Below the pieces are notes generated by a model that made no database searches, was not told the origin of the DNA, and saw only the letters and a list, made by a program, of their open reading frames with translations. Position numbers and translations under genes: made by a program. This document shows, in pieces, positions 25,679-38,300 of a DNA stretch of 64,000 nucleotides (position 1 is its first letter; each line of letters opens with the position of its first letter). Location: the NCBI GenBank assembly GCA_051362555.1, contig CM120642.1:22196001-22260000 (forward strand), given 5' to 3'. Origin of the DNA: Lingula anatina. Its lineage: Eukaryota; Animalia; Brachiopoda.

Positions 25679-25936
25679 TTTTTCATTGTAATATCTAACT
25701 TAGACTGCCTACTATGAATAATTTCTTTTCCCTTTTTATATTCATGGTTTGAACTTAACCCCCTTCAGTACTTGTATTAGGGCCCAGAACATTTTTGGTA
25801 TTGAAGAGGGCGAATGGTGCCATTTGGCACAGTTTATAGCTATGATTCAGCTAGTCAAAATTCAGAGGGGACCATTGGTGTGACTTGTTTTCAGGTATTG
25901 AAAAGGGGGGTGTCAGGATCCCCCTATACCTGCCAC

Positions 25937-26009
<73 letters not shown>

Positions 26010-26012
<3 letters not shown>

Positions 26013-27203
26013 AAATCAAGGATGCTAATAAATTAGACTTTTCTCTCCATTTTATTAAAAAAATGCCCAACAGCCGTTTCGGCCCTGAGGCCTCGTCAGG
26101 GGCGAAAACAAAACAAAATACAAAAAAGACTCTGGTATTAAACGATCAGTGTAAGATGTCGCACTCAGAATATTCACGTGTGACGTTATGTCGCTCGTAT
26201 AGGTGACAAAAGAATGTGGTTACATTACATAATAAAATAATGTGGCTACATAAGCAACTTTTCAAAATTAGTACACATAGTCAATGGTATTCAATAAATA
26301 TTTTTTAGAGTGTCGGCATTTGCTGACGAGTTCATTTCTAGGTTTCAGCGTTTTCTTTCTTTCCGAAGTAATGATGTAGAACTTTTCCCACAGGCAGAGC
26401 TGACACCGTTTGGTTATGTTTGAATATGGTCGAGCTTTCTTAAGTATTGACCATTTCAGCCCATAGTTGATTTTTTTGTCCTTAAGAGTCCAAATATAGC
26501 TGCTCAAAGAGGTGTGGTGACAGTGGATGAGCAGTTGAAAGAGGTCTTATGGTTATTGTATCTATATTTAAATTCACATTCAGATATACCAATGTATTCT
26601 TTTGTTTCGCTGTTGGTTATCACAGTTGACTTATAAACTACATTTTTTTCTAGACAATTGCCATTCATTGGGCATTCGCTTTTTATCCTACAGTTACAAG
26701 TTTTTACATCTGATACATTATCTACAACCCTAGAATTATTCATCAAACTGTTGTTCTTAGTTTTAATAATTTGGGCAATATTATCCATGCAGCTGTAGCT
26801 AACTTTAATGTTGTTTTTATTAAATATCTTGTATAATAAAGAACCTGGTGGGAAATGGGAGTTAATAAGCCTTAGAAATACTTTACCGACATTAGTCTGT
26901 ACATTTCTACTAAATGGTGGATTGAACCATAAGATATTTCTTTTGCGAGATTTTCTGGACTTTGCAGCAATGTTTGTATTATATAGTTTGTGGCTGAAAC
27001 CGGCCGACTCGAGCACTTCCTGGTACTCCCTCTTTGATGACTCAAACATGCTTTCATCACTAGAAAACGTAGATAGTCTTGTGTTTACTGAGATTGGTAT
27101 GGCTTTTATGACGCATTCCGGGTGGTTAGATTTACGGCCGTAGGGCATTTTCTTAATAAAATGGAGAGAAAATTCTAATTTATTTGTATCCTTGATTTTA
27201 TAT
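26010..27203 (-). mobile_element. Penelope-like retroelement, 5'-truncated, with inverted pLTR piece
   Basis: ORFs 26504..27229 and 26268..26507: KSNHP, WFNPPFS, CNC...CPMNGNC, GIY-YIG-type VVY...YIG, CQLCLWEK...KCRH. 26012-26076 is inverted at 27134-27199. Confidence 0.93.
26065..26103 (-). ncRNA. Minimal type I hammerhead ribozyme of the Penelope pLTR
   Basis: GCCC-CUGACGA-GGCC-UCAG-GGCC-GAAA-CGGCUG-UU-GGGC: intact core, stems I and II, minimal stem III. Confidence 0.8.
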
Positions 27204-27268
27204 ACCAGTTCCCCACGGGCCGCCACCATGGGTGGAGCACTTTTTCATGGTGTATTGACTTCATTCTC

Positions 27269-27322
<54 letters not shown>

Positions 27323-28449
27323 TTGTAATATCTATGCCTAATAGACTGCCTTCTATGAATAATTTCTTTTCCCTTTTTATATTTGTGGTTTGAACTTAAC
27401 CCCCTTCAGTACTTGTATTAGTCACAAATCTCACCCACTATCAAATCAACTTCCAAAACCGTATTAAATCATTAAAATGCAGAAGAAAATCTACTAAACA
27501 TACCCTAAAAGCACATTCTAGGTTTAAGTTATATCAATATATGCATTTTGGTAATTAATTTACCTGAAATGCCTCAAATTTGATCTCATTTGATTTTTGA
27601 TCTCATTTTACTAAAGTATGATTCAAGTTAAAAAACTTCCATTACATATCTGTGTACAGTAACCCTTAAGCTACACAATGGTGTAGAAATCATTGTTGCA
27701 TTTTCACTTAATTCCAAATTATGATTGATCTTCTTCCCCTGCTTATAATTTTTAAAGATAATTTTAGATGTTCCAATTTAAGGCACAGTGTGTGACATAA
27801 CATTAAAATAAACCTCCATGGAACATTGATTTGTTCTAGGAAAACCTAGAGAAAAATTAGACATCACAGATGAACAAAAATATATGTTGGCATTGCTTGT
27901 TACAGGGTTGTACATGGGCCCCTTGTTCCAACCAGACTACTATCTTTCATCACTGTCACAATATGATGAAATTTGTGGACATCGTCACAATCATGTTGAG
28001 ACTGACCCTAAGACCAAATACTGCAGCCCCAGTACTTTTACAGCTTCACTTAAGCAAGATCTATTGTAACAAAATTTAACAAATTTTATACAAAAATATT
28101 TTCAAGTAATCATTCTAGTTTGACAATGTTTTTAATAAAACAGTGAATTATTTTGCCTTCACTATACAATTTTTAAACATTCTTAGCAACTCCACAGTGA
28201 GTTCAGTTGGCATAGGTGTCAGCAATTGTTCTTGGGCACTACTTCAAGTAAAAGGCACAGAGTACAATCATTCATAGATATATATGAGGAGGTCTTGAAG
28301 GTGTGTTTCACCTCACGTGTATAGCTGCCATGCAGGAGTATAATTTTTTTTTTTATACTAAATAAAGATTGTAGTTGAGATTTCCCCATTTTGCAATGGA
28401 CCTGAACTCTCTGTTGTTCCTGTATTTGGATCAGCTATAAATCTTACCT

Positions 28450-28986
28450 ACTATAAACTGTCAAATGTACAGACAGAAAGCAGAAAGACATGATGCACAA
28501 AATAGGCAACTGGCAATTCTGATGCAATAATACATTATGCAAAGTAAAGTAAGCACCAAATTTTAATTATGCAAAACACTTAATATTGATGTCAGTATTG
28601 TAACTAACATATATATAAGGCTTCAGACCCATGAAAGTTCAAGTTCACACTTCGTAAATGCCAGAAATAGAAAAATGTTCATACATTCAAGAAAAAAAAT
28701 TATATATATAAAATAAAACAAATAACCCAATCTAGCTGTTTTTCCAATTTGAGCTATATGTCAATCCTAAGAATCATTCTTTTAAGTTACAAAATAATAA
28801 GTAACACAATTGTCTTCAAGCCCATGGAAGTTTAATGTCACACCTTGAAAATACCAAAATGTAATAAACAAGAGATAACTGTACTGAAACAAGTTTTTAT
28901 TTCCATTTTCAACACTTTTTTACTTAATGCAAAATAGCCAATTTACTATCCTTTTTAAGTGATCAACTAAAAAATCACTGAGATGT
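28450..28986 (-). mobile_element. 3' part of a Helentron-like HINE (5' part at 34200-34900)
   Basis: Reverse complement of the 3' end of the 29131-31809 element (ctgtcaaatgtacagac). Confidence 0.65.
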
Positions 28987-29102
28987 TTCATCTTGTGCAA
29001 AGCATTTTAGAGCAAACCATGCAGCTAATAATTCAAGATGATTAATGTGAAAAGTTCTTTCAACTGCTGACCAGTTCCCTCCTGATGTAATACCCCTGCA
29101 TT
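28986..29102 (-). mobile_element. DIRS RNase H fragment
   Basis: GITSGGNWSAVERTFHINHLELLAAWFALKCF matches the DIRS G.WS..E...HIN.LEL.A motif. Confidence 0.8.
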
Positions 29103-29130
29103 CCCCCCCCCCCCCCCCCCCCCCCCCCCC

Positions 29131-31809
29131 AACAGATGTGTCTGTACATATTGCCATCACCTGCGTCTGTCGTCGCCGATGCCGATGCCGATGCCGATGC
29201 CGTCGCCGTGCACTTTCCTTGTAAACACGATAAGTGGAAGGCAGTTTTACTTTTTGGCTTTATATTTACAGAGCTGATGAATATTCATAAAACGCAGGTC
29301 AAGTTCGAAAATCAGCATGATCGGGCCATTATTGTAGAAGTTATGCTGTTTTTTCACTTTTCAGCATATTTTTCACATTTCCTCAGATTCAATTCTTAGG
29401 CATGTTAACAGTCTCATTATTAAACTAATAAGATCCGTAAAAGTTTTTGTTTGACATTTCCTGCATCTTTACAACATTGTTAGTTGATTTTTTAAAAATG
29501 ATGGTAAACTTGTTATCGTGTATTGTGTAATAAAGTGTCAAAAATGGAAATAAACTCATATCATTGCAGTTTGTCAGATTCAATCATTCACTATGTTCAG
29601 AATCTCAGAATGGAAGAAATTGGACATTTTACACTGCTTTATTGATATTTTTCCCATCTCATCAATTTTCTTAGTTGATCATATAAAAATGGCAGTAAAC
29701 TGTTAATTTTGTTTTATGTTAAAAATTGTTAAAAATGAAAAAAAAAACATTTCAGAACAGTGCTGTCTTGTTTACATTTTGGCATTTTCAAGTTGTGACT
29801 TAGAGGTTCCATGGGCCTGAAGACCTTTGCTAGTCACATTTTCTGAATATCCATGATACTAATATTTTATTATTAAAAATTGATGGTCATTATGCTGTTA
29901 AACATTATGTAATATTGCATCAAAATTTGAAAAAAACCTATTTTGGGCACTGCTCCCATGATGACCATTTAAGAAAAACCATGTCACTTACTGTTCTCAA
30001 ACAGTACAGTAAATATATATATAGATGTGTCTGTACATATTGCCATCACCTGCGTCTGTCCTCGCCGTCATCGCCGTCGCCGGTGCCGTGCACTTTCATT
30101 GTAAACACGATAAGTGGAAGGCAGTTTTACTTTTGGGCTTTATATTTACAGAGCTGATGAATATTCATAAAACGCAGGTCAAGTTCGAAAATCAGCATGA
30201 TCGGGCCATTATTGTAGAAGTTATGCTTTTTTTTCACTTTCCAGCATATATGCAACACTGTAAACACATTCCAAGGAAAACCGATAGGCCTGTTGTCATG
30301 AAACTCACAGGAGTAATCTATCTTACTAAAACGCAGGTCAAGTTCGAAAATCGGCATGATCGGGCCACTATTTTAGTAGTTATGCTGTTTTTTCATTTTT
30401 CAGCATATATGCAACACTGTAAACACAATATAAGAAAAACAGATAGGCCAATTGTCATTAAACTCACAGGAGTGGTCAATCTTACTAAAATGCAGGTTGA
30501 GTTCGAAAATCAGCATAATCGGGCCATTATTTTAGAAGTTATGCTGTTTTTTCACATTTCCTCAGATTAAATTCTTAGGCATGTTAACAGTCTTATTGTT
30601 TTACTAATAAGATACATAAAAGTGTTTGTTTGACATTTCCTGCATCTTTACAACATTGTAAGTTGATTATGTAAAAATGATGGTAAACTTGTTATCGTGT
30701 ATTGTGTAATAAAGTGTCAAAAATGGAAATAAACTCATATCATTGCAGTTTGTCAGATTCAATCATTAACTATATTCAGAATCTCAGAATGGAGGAAATT
30801 GGACATTTAACACTTTTCTATTGATATTTTTCCCATCTCATCAATTTTCTTAGTTGATCATATAAAAATTGCAGTAAACTGTTTATTTTGTTTTATGTTA
30901 AAAAAGTGTTAAAAATGGAAATAAATCCATGTCAGAACAGTGCTGTCTTGTTTCACATTTCCTCAGATTCAATTCTTAGGCATGTTAACAGTCTCATTAT
31001 TTAACTAATAAGACATGTAAAAGTGTTTGGTTGACATTTCCTGCATCTTTACAACATTATTAGTTGATTATGTAAAAATGATGGTAAACTTGTTATCGTG
31101 TTTTGTGTAATAAAGTGTCAAAAATGGAAATAAACTCATATCATTGCAGTTTGTCAGATTCAATCATTCACTATGTTCAGAATCTCAGAATAGAAGAAAT
31201 TGGACATTTTACACTGCTTTATTGATATTTTTCCCATCTCATCAATTTTCTTAGTTGATCATATAAAAATTGCAGTAAACTGTTTATTTTGTTTTATGTT
31301 AAAAAATTGTTAAAAATGAAAAAAAAAAACATTTCAGAACAGTGCTGTCTTTGTTTACATTTTGGCATTTTCAAGTTGTGACTTTGAAGTTCCATGGGCC
31401 TGAAGACCTTTGCTAGTCACATTTTCTGAATATCCATGATACTAATATTTTATTATTAAAATTGATGGTCATTATGCTGTTAAACATTATGTAATATTGC
31501 ATCAAAATTAAAAAAAAAATATTTTGGGCACTGCTCCCATGATGACCATTTAAGAAAAACCATGTCACTTACTGTTCTCAAACTTATAGGAAAGAAACAT
31601 GGGACTAAAATACAGCTTCAGTAGGCAATGCAGTCTGTTTGGTAATTCTTACTGCCAGTTAAACGGTTTCACATATTGGCATTTTCAAAGTGTGACTTTG
31701 AAGTTCCACGGGCTTGTTTATTATTGCATCAAAATTGGCAAAATGACCTCTTTTGCATCCTTTTTTCTGTTATTTTGTCTGTACATTTGACAGCTTTGCT
31801 GCCTTGTTT
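29131..31809 (+). mobile_element. Helentron-associated (HINE-like) non-autonomous element(s) with internal tandem core repeats
   Basis: 5' acagatgtgtctgtac, (gccgat/gccgtc)n microsatellite, about 160-bp cores with caggtcaagttcgaaaatc, about 400-bp duplications, 3' subTIR gtctgtacat plus stem-loop and ttgtt; a second 5' end near 30022. Confidence 0.7.
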
Positions 31810-34198
31810 ACTTCCCAGTGTGGAATCCTGCACTAATTCCACATTGTGTATTCATAGTTAATCAATGTGTTATTATATAATTTGCATCTGTCCTGGCGAG
31901 TTCGCCAAAAATGTGTTGTGAACTGTCTAAAATGACTTTAACTTTAATTTAGGTGATATGCATCTGCCTAAGGAATAGGCCTACCCATGGGCCTCTACCA
32001 AAAATAATATTTATGTATGCAGGACAGACGCAAATTATATAATAACACGTTGATTAACTATACATACACAATGTGGACCTGCACACCTGTTAATATTGCA
32101 CAACAATTAGTATGTAAATAAGTAGCAGCCACATGTACACGTATGTAAATAAGTAGCAGCCACATGTACACATAGATTCCCTGTAGATAATCTGTATATA
32201 ACTTGAAGCTTGTCTATAATAAAGACACTTTTGATCTGAGACTGAAGATGTGAGGTTGTTCTGTTATGCTTCTCTGTGCACGTAAAGTGAAAGACTGAGT
32301 CGAATCTGGAGTCATGTCCGAGCCCATAGATTAGTTAATTCGTTAATGGAAATTGATACACTGAAATTCAGTACAGTTATAAATTAAAGTTAAAGTCATT
32401 TTAGACGGTTCACAACACCAGGAATCAAGAATTGCTGTGGCACCCACACAAAAACATGGACAATCATCTTCCAAAGTTACAGCTAATGGCTTGTGTATTG
32501 TCAGGGAAAGTTTCGAAGATATGGCATTTTCGCCAACAGCTGTCAAATTGGTCATGTCCTCATGGAGAGATACAACTGTCAAGCAATATGAATCTAACAT
32601 TTCCAGATGGATTCAATATTGTAATGAGAGGAACATTAATACCTTGTCACCAAATGTAACTGATGTTGTAAATTTTTTAGCCCATATTGCTTTGATATGG
32701 GGCTTGGATATTCTGCTCTAAATACAGCAAGATATACGGTAAGCACTATCAACTTTTATTATGGTGGATAAGTGTCCAGCAGGTGGTCATCCTCATGTGG
32801 TTAGATTGATTTGGAGTTTTTACTTCTAGACCTGCATTACCAAGGAACAATGTGATATGGGACACAAGTTTGCTTTTGAATTACCTTAAAAAACACTTTC
32901 ACCTGTGACACAACTTAATCTTTTATAACTGAGCAAGAAAGCAGTGACATTGACTATATTATTGACAGGTCAAAGAACCCAATTGTTGCATCTTATTGGC
33001 ATTCATGTAACATCACAATTAATAAGTCTAAAGTCACATTTAGATTTGGTAATTTAGTCAAGACCATTGGAATGGTGAAATGACAGTGACAGCATATGTA
33101 CCAGATAGATTATGTTTATGTACTGTCTTAATGGAATAGATTATGTTTATGTACTGTCTTAATGGAATACATGGTCAGAGTCAAACATTTGAGAGGAAAT
33201 ATCACAAGATTGTTATAATATCTGTAAAGCCATTTAAGAAAGCAGCCAAATCTACCATATCTAGATGGATTAAGCAAACTATGAATATGGCTGGTATAGA
33301 CATGGAGATATTTACTCCACACATCTTCACAAGCAAAACTTGCTAAAGTGCCATTAGACACGTACTATTTTGAAGATGGCTGGCTGGTCTAAAGATTGCA
33401 CATTTGCTAAATATTACGATAAAGAAATAACTCAACACGGCCAGTTTGCAGATGCAATTTTGTCTCTCTCTGGAGTCTGACAGGGACATTCATATTTACA
33501 GGGAGCTGTTTTATGAACTGTTTATTTGATTTTACTTTTTAAGCTGCAACTTGTGCAGTTACAGTTGTTACCTGCAAATTGTGCAGATGGAATTCTTTTT
33601 AGCATTTAAATATGCTGTTACAAGTTGTTTGATAAACAAGTTTATCAATTGTTCTTTGCAGTTAATACATGTTGATTTAAACACAGTGTTTGTGCCTTTA
33701 TTTGCTGGTTTCAAAAAATTGTAAGGTGTTGTGTCTGGATCACACTTTGAACGTCTCATGTGGAGTCTATTACATGTATGTCACTAGACAGTAATGTGGA
33801 ATTAGAGGGTTAAATGAACTTACCGTAGGTGAGTGATATTTGACTTGGATTCCACATCATCGTCAGTGACAGAATAGGGTTTACATCCCACCCTGGGATA
33901 TTTCCCTTCCCGTGAACCATTGATCTGTCACTCTGTGGTCCATACTACAACTACTTTGAAATATGATGCTGAGACATTGTTAAGCACTCAAAAAGCTCAA
34001 AACACTGTAGAAATATTAATTTCATGCAGCTTGTAAATCCACGTTCGCTTCGCTGAGAAACGGCGCAATAAATGATGCTGAGCTGCATGCGAATCTCTCA
34101 TGTGGAGCCTATTACGTCACTAGTCGGTGAAGCGGAATCCAGGTCAAATATCACTACGGTAAGTATCACTACTCTAAGTTCATTCAACCCTCTAATTT
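31810..34198 (+). mobile_element. DIRS retrotransposon 3' half (methyltransferase-domain end, tyrosine recombinase, ICR and right terminal repeat)
   Basis: SSWRDTTVKQY...RWIQYC, LLTGQRTQ, STISRWIKQTM..AGID...FTPH, AGWS...FAKYY. aattagagggttaaatgaactta (about 33800) is complementary to the 34175-34197 terminus. Confidence 0.88.
31838..32077. mobile_element. MITE with about 57-bp TIRs inside the DIRS
   Basis: tccacattgtgtattcatagttaatcaa...ctgtcctg mirrored by caggacag...ttgattaactatacatacacaatgtgga. Confidence 0.8.
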
Positions 34199-34199
34199 A

Positions 34200-34900
34200 T
34201 TTCCATTACTGACACTTTATTACACAATAACGGGTTTACCATCATTTTCATCATTTTATTGTAAAAAAAAACAGAAAATATCAAAAGAACACTTTTATGT
34301 ATCTATAATTATATTAGTTCAATAAAAACATTATTAACATGCCTAAGAATTAAATCTGAGGTAAACCACTTACATACAAAAAAGTCACTTCATCATATTT
34401 ACTGAACCCATCAAGCTTATTTTTCCACTTGATCTCCTTATTAGTCCTATGAGTCAGTCCAACAAGTTTTAAAGCAAAATATGACATGCTTTTCAAGTTA
34501 ACTATATAATGGTGGATAAAATATGTTGAAAAAAAGTGAAAAGAAAAAAAAACATCATAACTTTTGTAAATATTTTCTGATCAAGCTGATTTTTTATCAT
34601 TTCTGTGAGTTTCAAGACAATAGGCCCATTAATTTTCCTTGAAATGTGTTATCAGTGTTCATTTTATGCTGAAAAAAGGGAAAAAGTAGCTTAACATGAA
34701 AAAATGGTCTGATCATGCTGATATTCGAACTTGACCTGTATTTTCTACATCTTCATCAGTTCCATAAGTTTTGAGATAACGGATAAAACGGTTTTCTACT
34801 TATTTTATTGTTGAAAGTTCAAGGCAAAGGAGGCAGCAGAGATGCAACAAATGCAGGTAATGGTAATACACACAGACCCATCTGTGTCTGTACATAAAAA
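34200..34900 (-). mobile_element. 5' part of a HINE-like element
   Basis: Reverse complement begins tttttatgtacagacacagatgggtctgtg and contains the caggtcaagttcgaa core. Confidence 0.7.
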
Positions 34901-35328
34901 TAAGTGCTCCATAAAAGTTTCCTTTCTTTTTAATTCAAACTGACTTTACCAAACATATTTCTACAAAAGAAATTTCTAGACTCAAGTTCTCTATAATAAA
35001 TAATAATCTTGAGTGGTTCATTTCCCTAAAAATATCTCAAAATTGACCAAGTATATATGACTATTGATCCTATTTTACTTAGACATGATTCAATTAACAT
35101 GACATTTCTGTTGATTTGTTTAGAGGAACCCTTACAGCTACACAAAGATATATAAATCAAAGTTATATCTTACTTAAATTTCCTACTATGAGTGATGTCC
35201 TCCCCCCCCCCCAATTTTTTGACAATTGCACTGAGCAACTCTGCAGTATTAAATTTGTTTCAGTCACAGATTTTGCCTACTGTTAAAAAACTCCATAACC
35301 CCATTTAATCATTGAAATATAGAATATG

Positions 35329-38300
35329 TGTGAACGATTGCGTTTGTTGCTCTTTTGTTATGTTATTGTGCGCATTGCTTTAGTTGCGATTGCTTTCAGT
35401 TATAGATTATTATGGGATACGAATCAGTCCATGCTTCCACGCTTTCCACGAGTTCCAAAGTAGTGTGAGTTTTTAGTTGTTTTACTGGTATTTGTAAACT
35501 CTATTTATTTAAACTTGTTAATTTAGTTCAACCATTTAGTTTGCCTTTTAAGTAATTTCGTTTTATAGTTTTCTTACAGTTTTGACCGCTTCGCTTCGCA
35601 AGAATCACTTCAAGCTACATGTACAACCATGCAAGCCGCAAGTCAGGCTTTGAAGAGCAAGAAATAAAACAGAAGCACGTTTACAAAAACTTTGGAACAT
35701 TCTTTGTTTTTCTTTTTATTTCAACAACATTCAGTCAAAAACTACTCTGGGATGAATTCTAAAAGACTAAGTGAAATAGAGGCAGAAATCCTTGCAGTAG
35801 AGTCCGCCATTGACCAGACGTATTCAAAACTACGAAACCATTTCAATTTAAGTAGCAGTCCTAAAACATCTACACCAAAGACACCTACACTTCAACCACA
35901 GAGTAATATACCATCCAGTTTGAATGAGTCAACCCTGGTAAAAAAGCTGAGTAAGCCTAAAATTCTGCCATTTGAAGGAGATCCAACTCATTATACACAG
36001 TTCATTCGCCAATTCAAATCTAGAGTAGCAAACATTTGTGATTCACCAGATGAAAAGATAAGTTATTTGCTACAGTACACCAGGGGAGAAGCACGCAAAA
36101 TAGTCCAAGGTTATACCCATTTGACTTTGTACAGAGAGAGGCCAGAATTCTAACTGTACCCATTTATGGAAAGAATTCCCTTCCAGAAAACCCTCCAAGA
36201 AAAAAGGCCACAGTGCATAATACTGCTAGTAGCACATCTACTGTTCCAGCTTACCAGCCAAGGCACAACCCTGTGAATCAAGCGCCCTCATTCACCCCCG
36301 TGCCTGAAAGTTGTTGTTTATGCCAAGAGAACCATACCATCTCAAAGTGCACACAGTTTATTAACAAGTCCACTGGAGAAAGACGAGAGTTTGCTAAAGC
36401 TAGATGACTATGCTTTAATTGTTTAAAAAAGTCACATCGTGCCCAAGAATGTCACAACCCAGGTCGCTGCAGACAGTGTGCGGAAAAAACATCACACCTT
36501 ATTACACCAATTAAGAGAATCAGTGCCGGTTGGAAATGCTGTGCTCTCCACTGGGACCGGAGACACAGATCATAAGGCCTTTTTCCAGCTACTACCCGTA
36601 CATGTAATGAGCAATGGGAGGACGATTGAAACAGTAGCCTTACTAGACTCAGCAAGTCAGATGACGATTATAAAAGAATCACTCGCATTCGATCTTGGCT
36701 TGAATGGAGAAACCTGTGCCCTGACAGTTAACACCCTAAATTCCTCCAGCCATGTGAAGTCCAAGAATGTTTCCTTTTTAGTCAAGTCAGAGTCAGCACC
36801 TCCTTTGAATATTAGAAATGCAAAAACTTTGCCAGTGAATAAGTTCCAATGCTCGGAACAGCGACTCAACCCAGAATGGTTTCATTGCCAGCACTTCGGT
36901 ATTCCCATTGTGATTACTCCATCAGAAGTCAGACTTCTCATTGGTGTGGACCAACCAGAAGCTCACATTCAATATGGAATCAGAAGAGGAAGCAAAGATC
37001 AGCCAATAGCAGTGCAAACATACTTAAGATGGTCCCTGATAAGTACAGACTCACACTTATCTCAGTCATCACCCCTGTCTGTGAATTTCCTCTCTGTCAG
37101 TGATCAGTCATTAGAACAATTTTGGACTACAGAGTCATTTGGAGTATCTTATCAATATTCCAACCCGGTCTTGACAGAAGACAGAAAAGCTGAAGCGATG
37201 TTAAACAAATCCACGAAATTAGTGAATGGAAACTATGAAGTTGGCATGCTGTGGAAATCAGAAGAATCTACTCTAGCAAACAACCTAGAAATGGCCAAAG
37301 ACCGCTACCGACTCCTGAATAAACGCTTTGAGAAAGACAGGAATTTTGAAGAGAAGTATCGAGGAATAATTAGAGACAACATAAGCAGAGGATATGCACG
37401 CAAGCTTACCCCCGAAGAAGCAGGTTTGTGCAGCCAGAGAACATGGTATTTACCCCACCATGCTGTTACCAATACGCAGAAAGGTAAGCTTAGACTGGTA
37501 TACGATGCAGCTGCAACCTATAAAGGCGTGTCTCTCAATAAAGCCCTGATGACAGGCCCAGACCTACTGAACAGTCTCTTTGGTGTCATACAGAGATTTA
37601 GGTTATATGAGATAGCCATGGTAGCCGATATAGAGCAGATGTTCATGCAAGTTCATATACCTTCCTCGGATGCAGACTCGCTGAGATTCCTATAGAGCGA
37701 AGATAACAACCCTGACTCGTTTGAGGTATACCAGATGACATCACACATATTTGGAGCCAAAGATTCACCAGCGTGTGCTAATTACGCTCTCAGAAGAACA
37801 GCCCAAGATCATGCACATTTATACAGTGAAGATGTGGTGAAGACAGTGCATGAAAATTTCTACATGGACGATTTATTGACATCCAGAGATTCAATACCTG
37901 AAGCCATTTGTTTAGCCCAAGATTTAAAGGAGTTACTACTGAGGGGAGGATTTATTCTGCATTAATGAATGTCCAACAGGCAAGAAGTTCTCACTGCTGT
38001 AGACAGCACACACAATATGCCGAGCTTTGATTTAGATAGAGGAACAATGATTTCCCAGAAAACCTTGGGTATCCAGTGGAACCTTGATGCTGATGCCATA
38101 ACTTTTCATTGCAAGCTTAAGCCAGTATTGACCAAAAGGGGAATGCTAAGCTCTATGGCTTCTATATTTGACCCCTGCGGCTACATTTCACCCTTTATTG
38201 TTCAGGTGAAGATACTTATGCAAAAGATATGGGTCAAGAAACTTGAGTGGGATGATGAATTACCACCAGATATAATGGATCAGTGGAAAGTTTGGCTGTC

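Noticed and set aside
24311-26206. ORFs with YIYIYI runs
   Set aside because: Artefacts of (TA)n microsatellites.
27870-28079. ORFs over the conserved repeat core
   Set aside because: The frame is not preserved in the 44364 and 50654 copies, so the conservation is not protein-coding.
30025-30570. 181-aa repetitive ORF
   Set aside because: Read-through of HINE core tandem repeats; the sister copy at 29136 differs in length and there is no coding signature.
32088-32417. Possible solo LTR (tgtt...aaca, TATA and aataaa inside)
   Set aside because: No convincing TSD and no second copy in the window; left unannotated.
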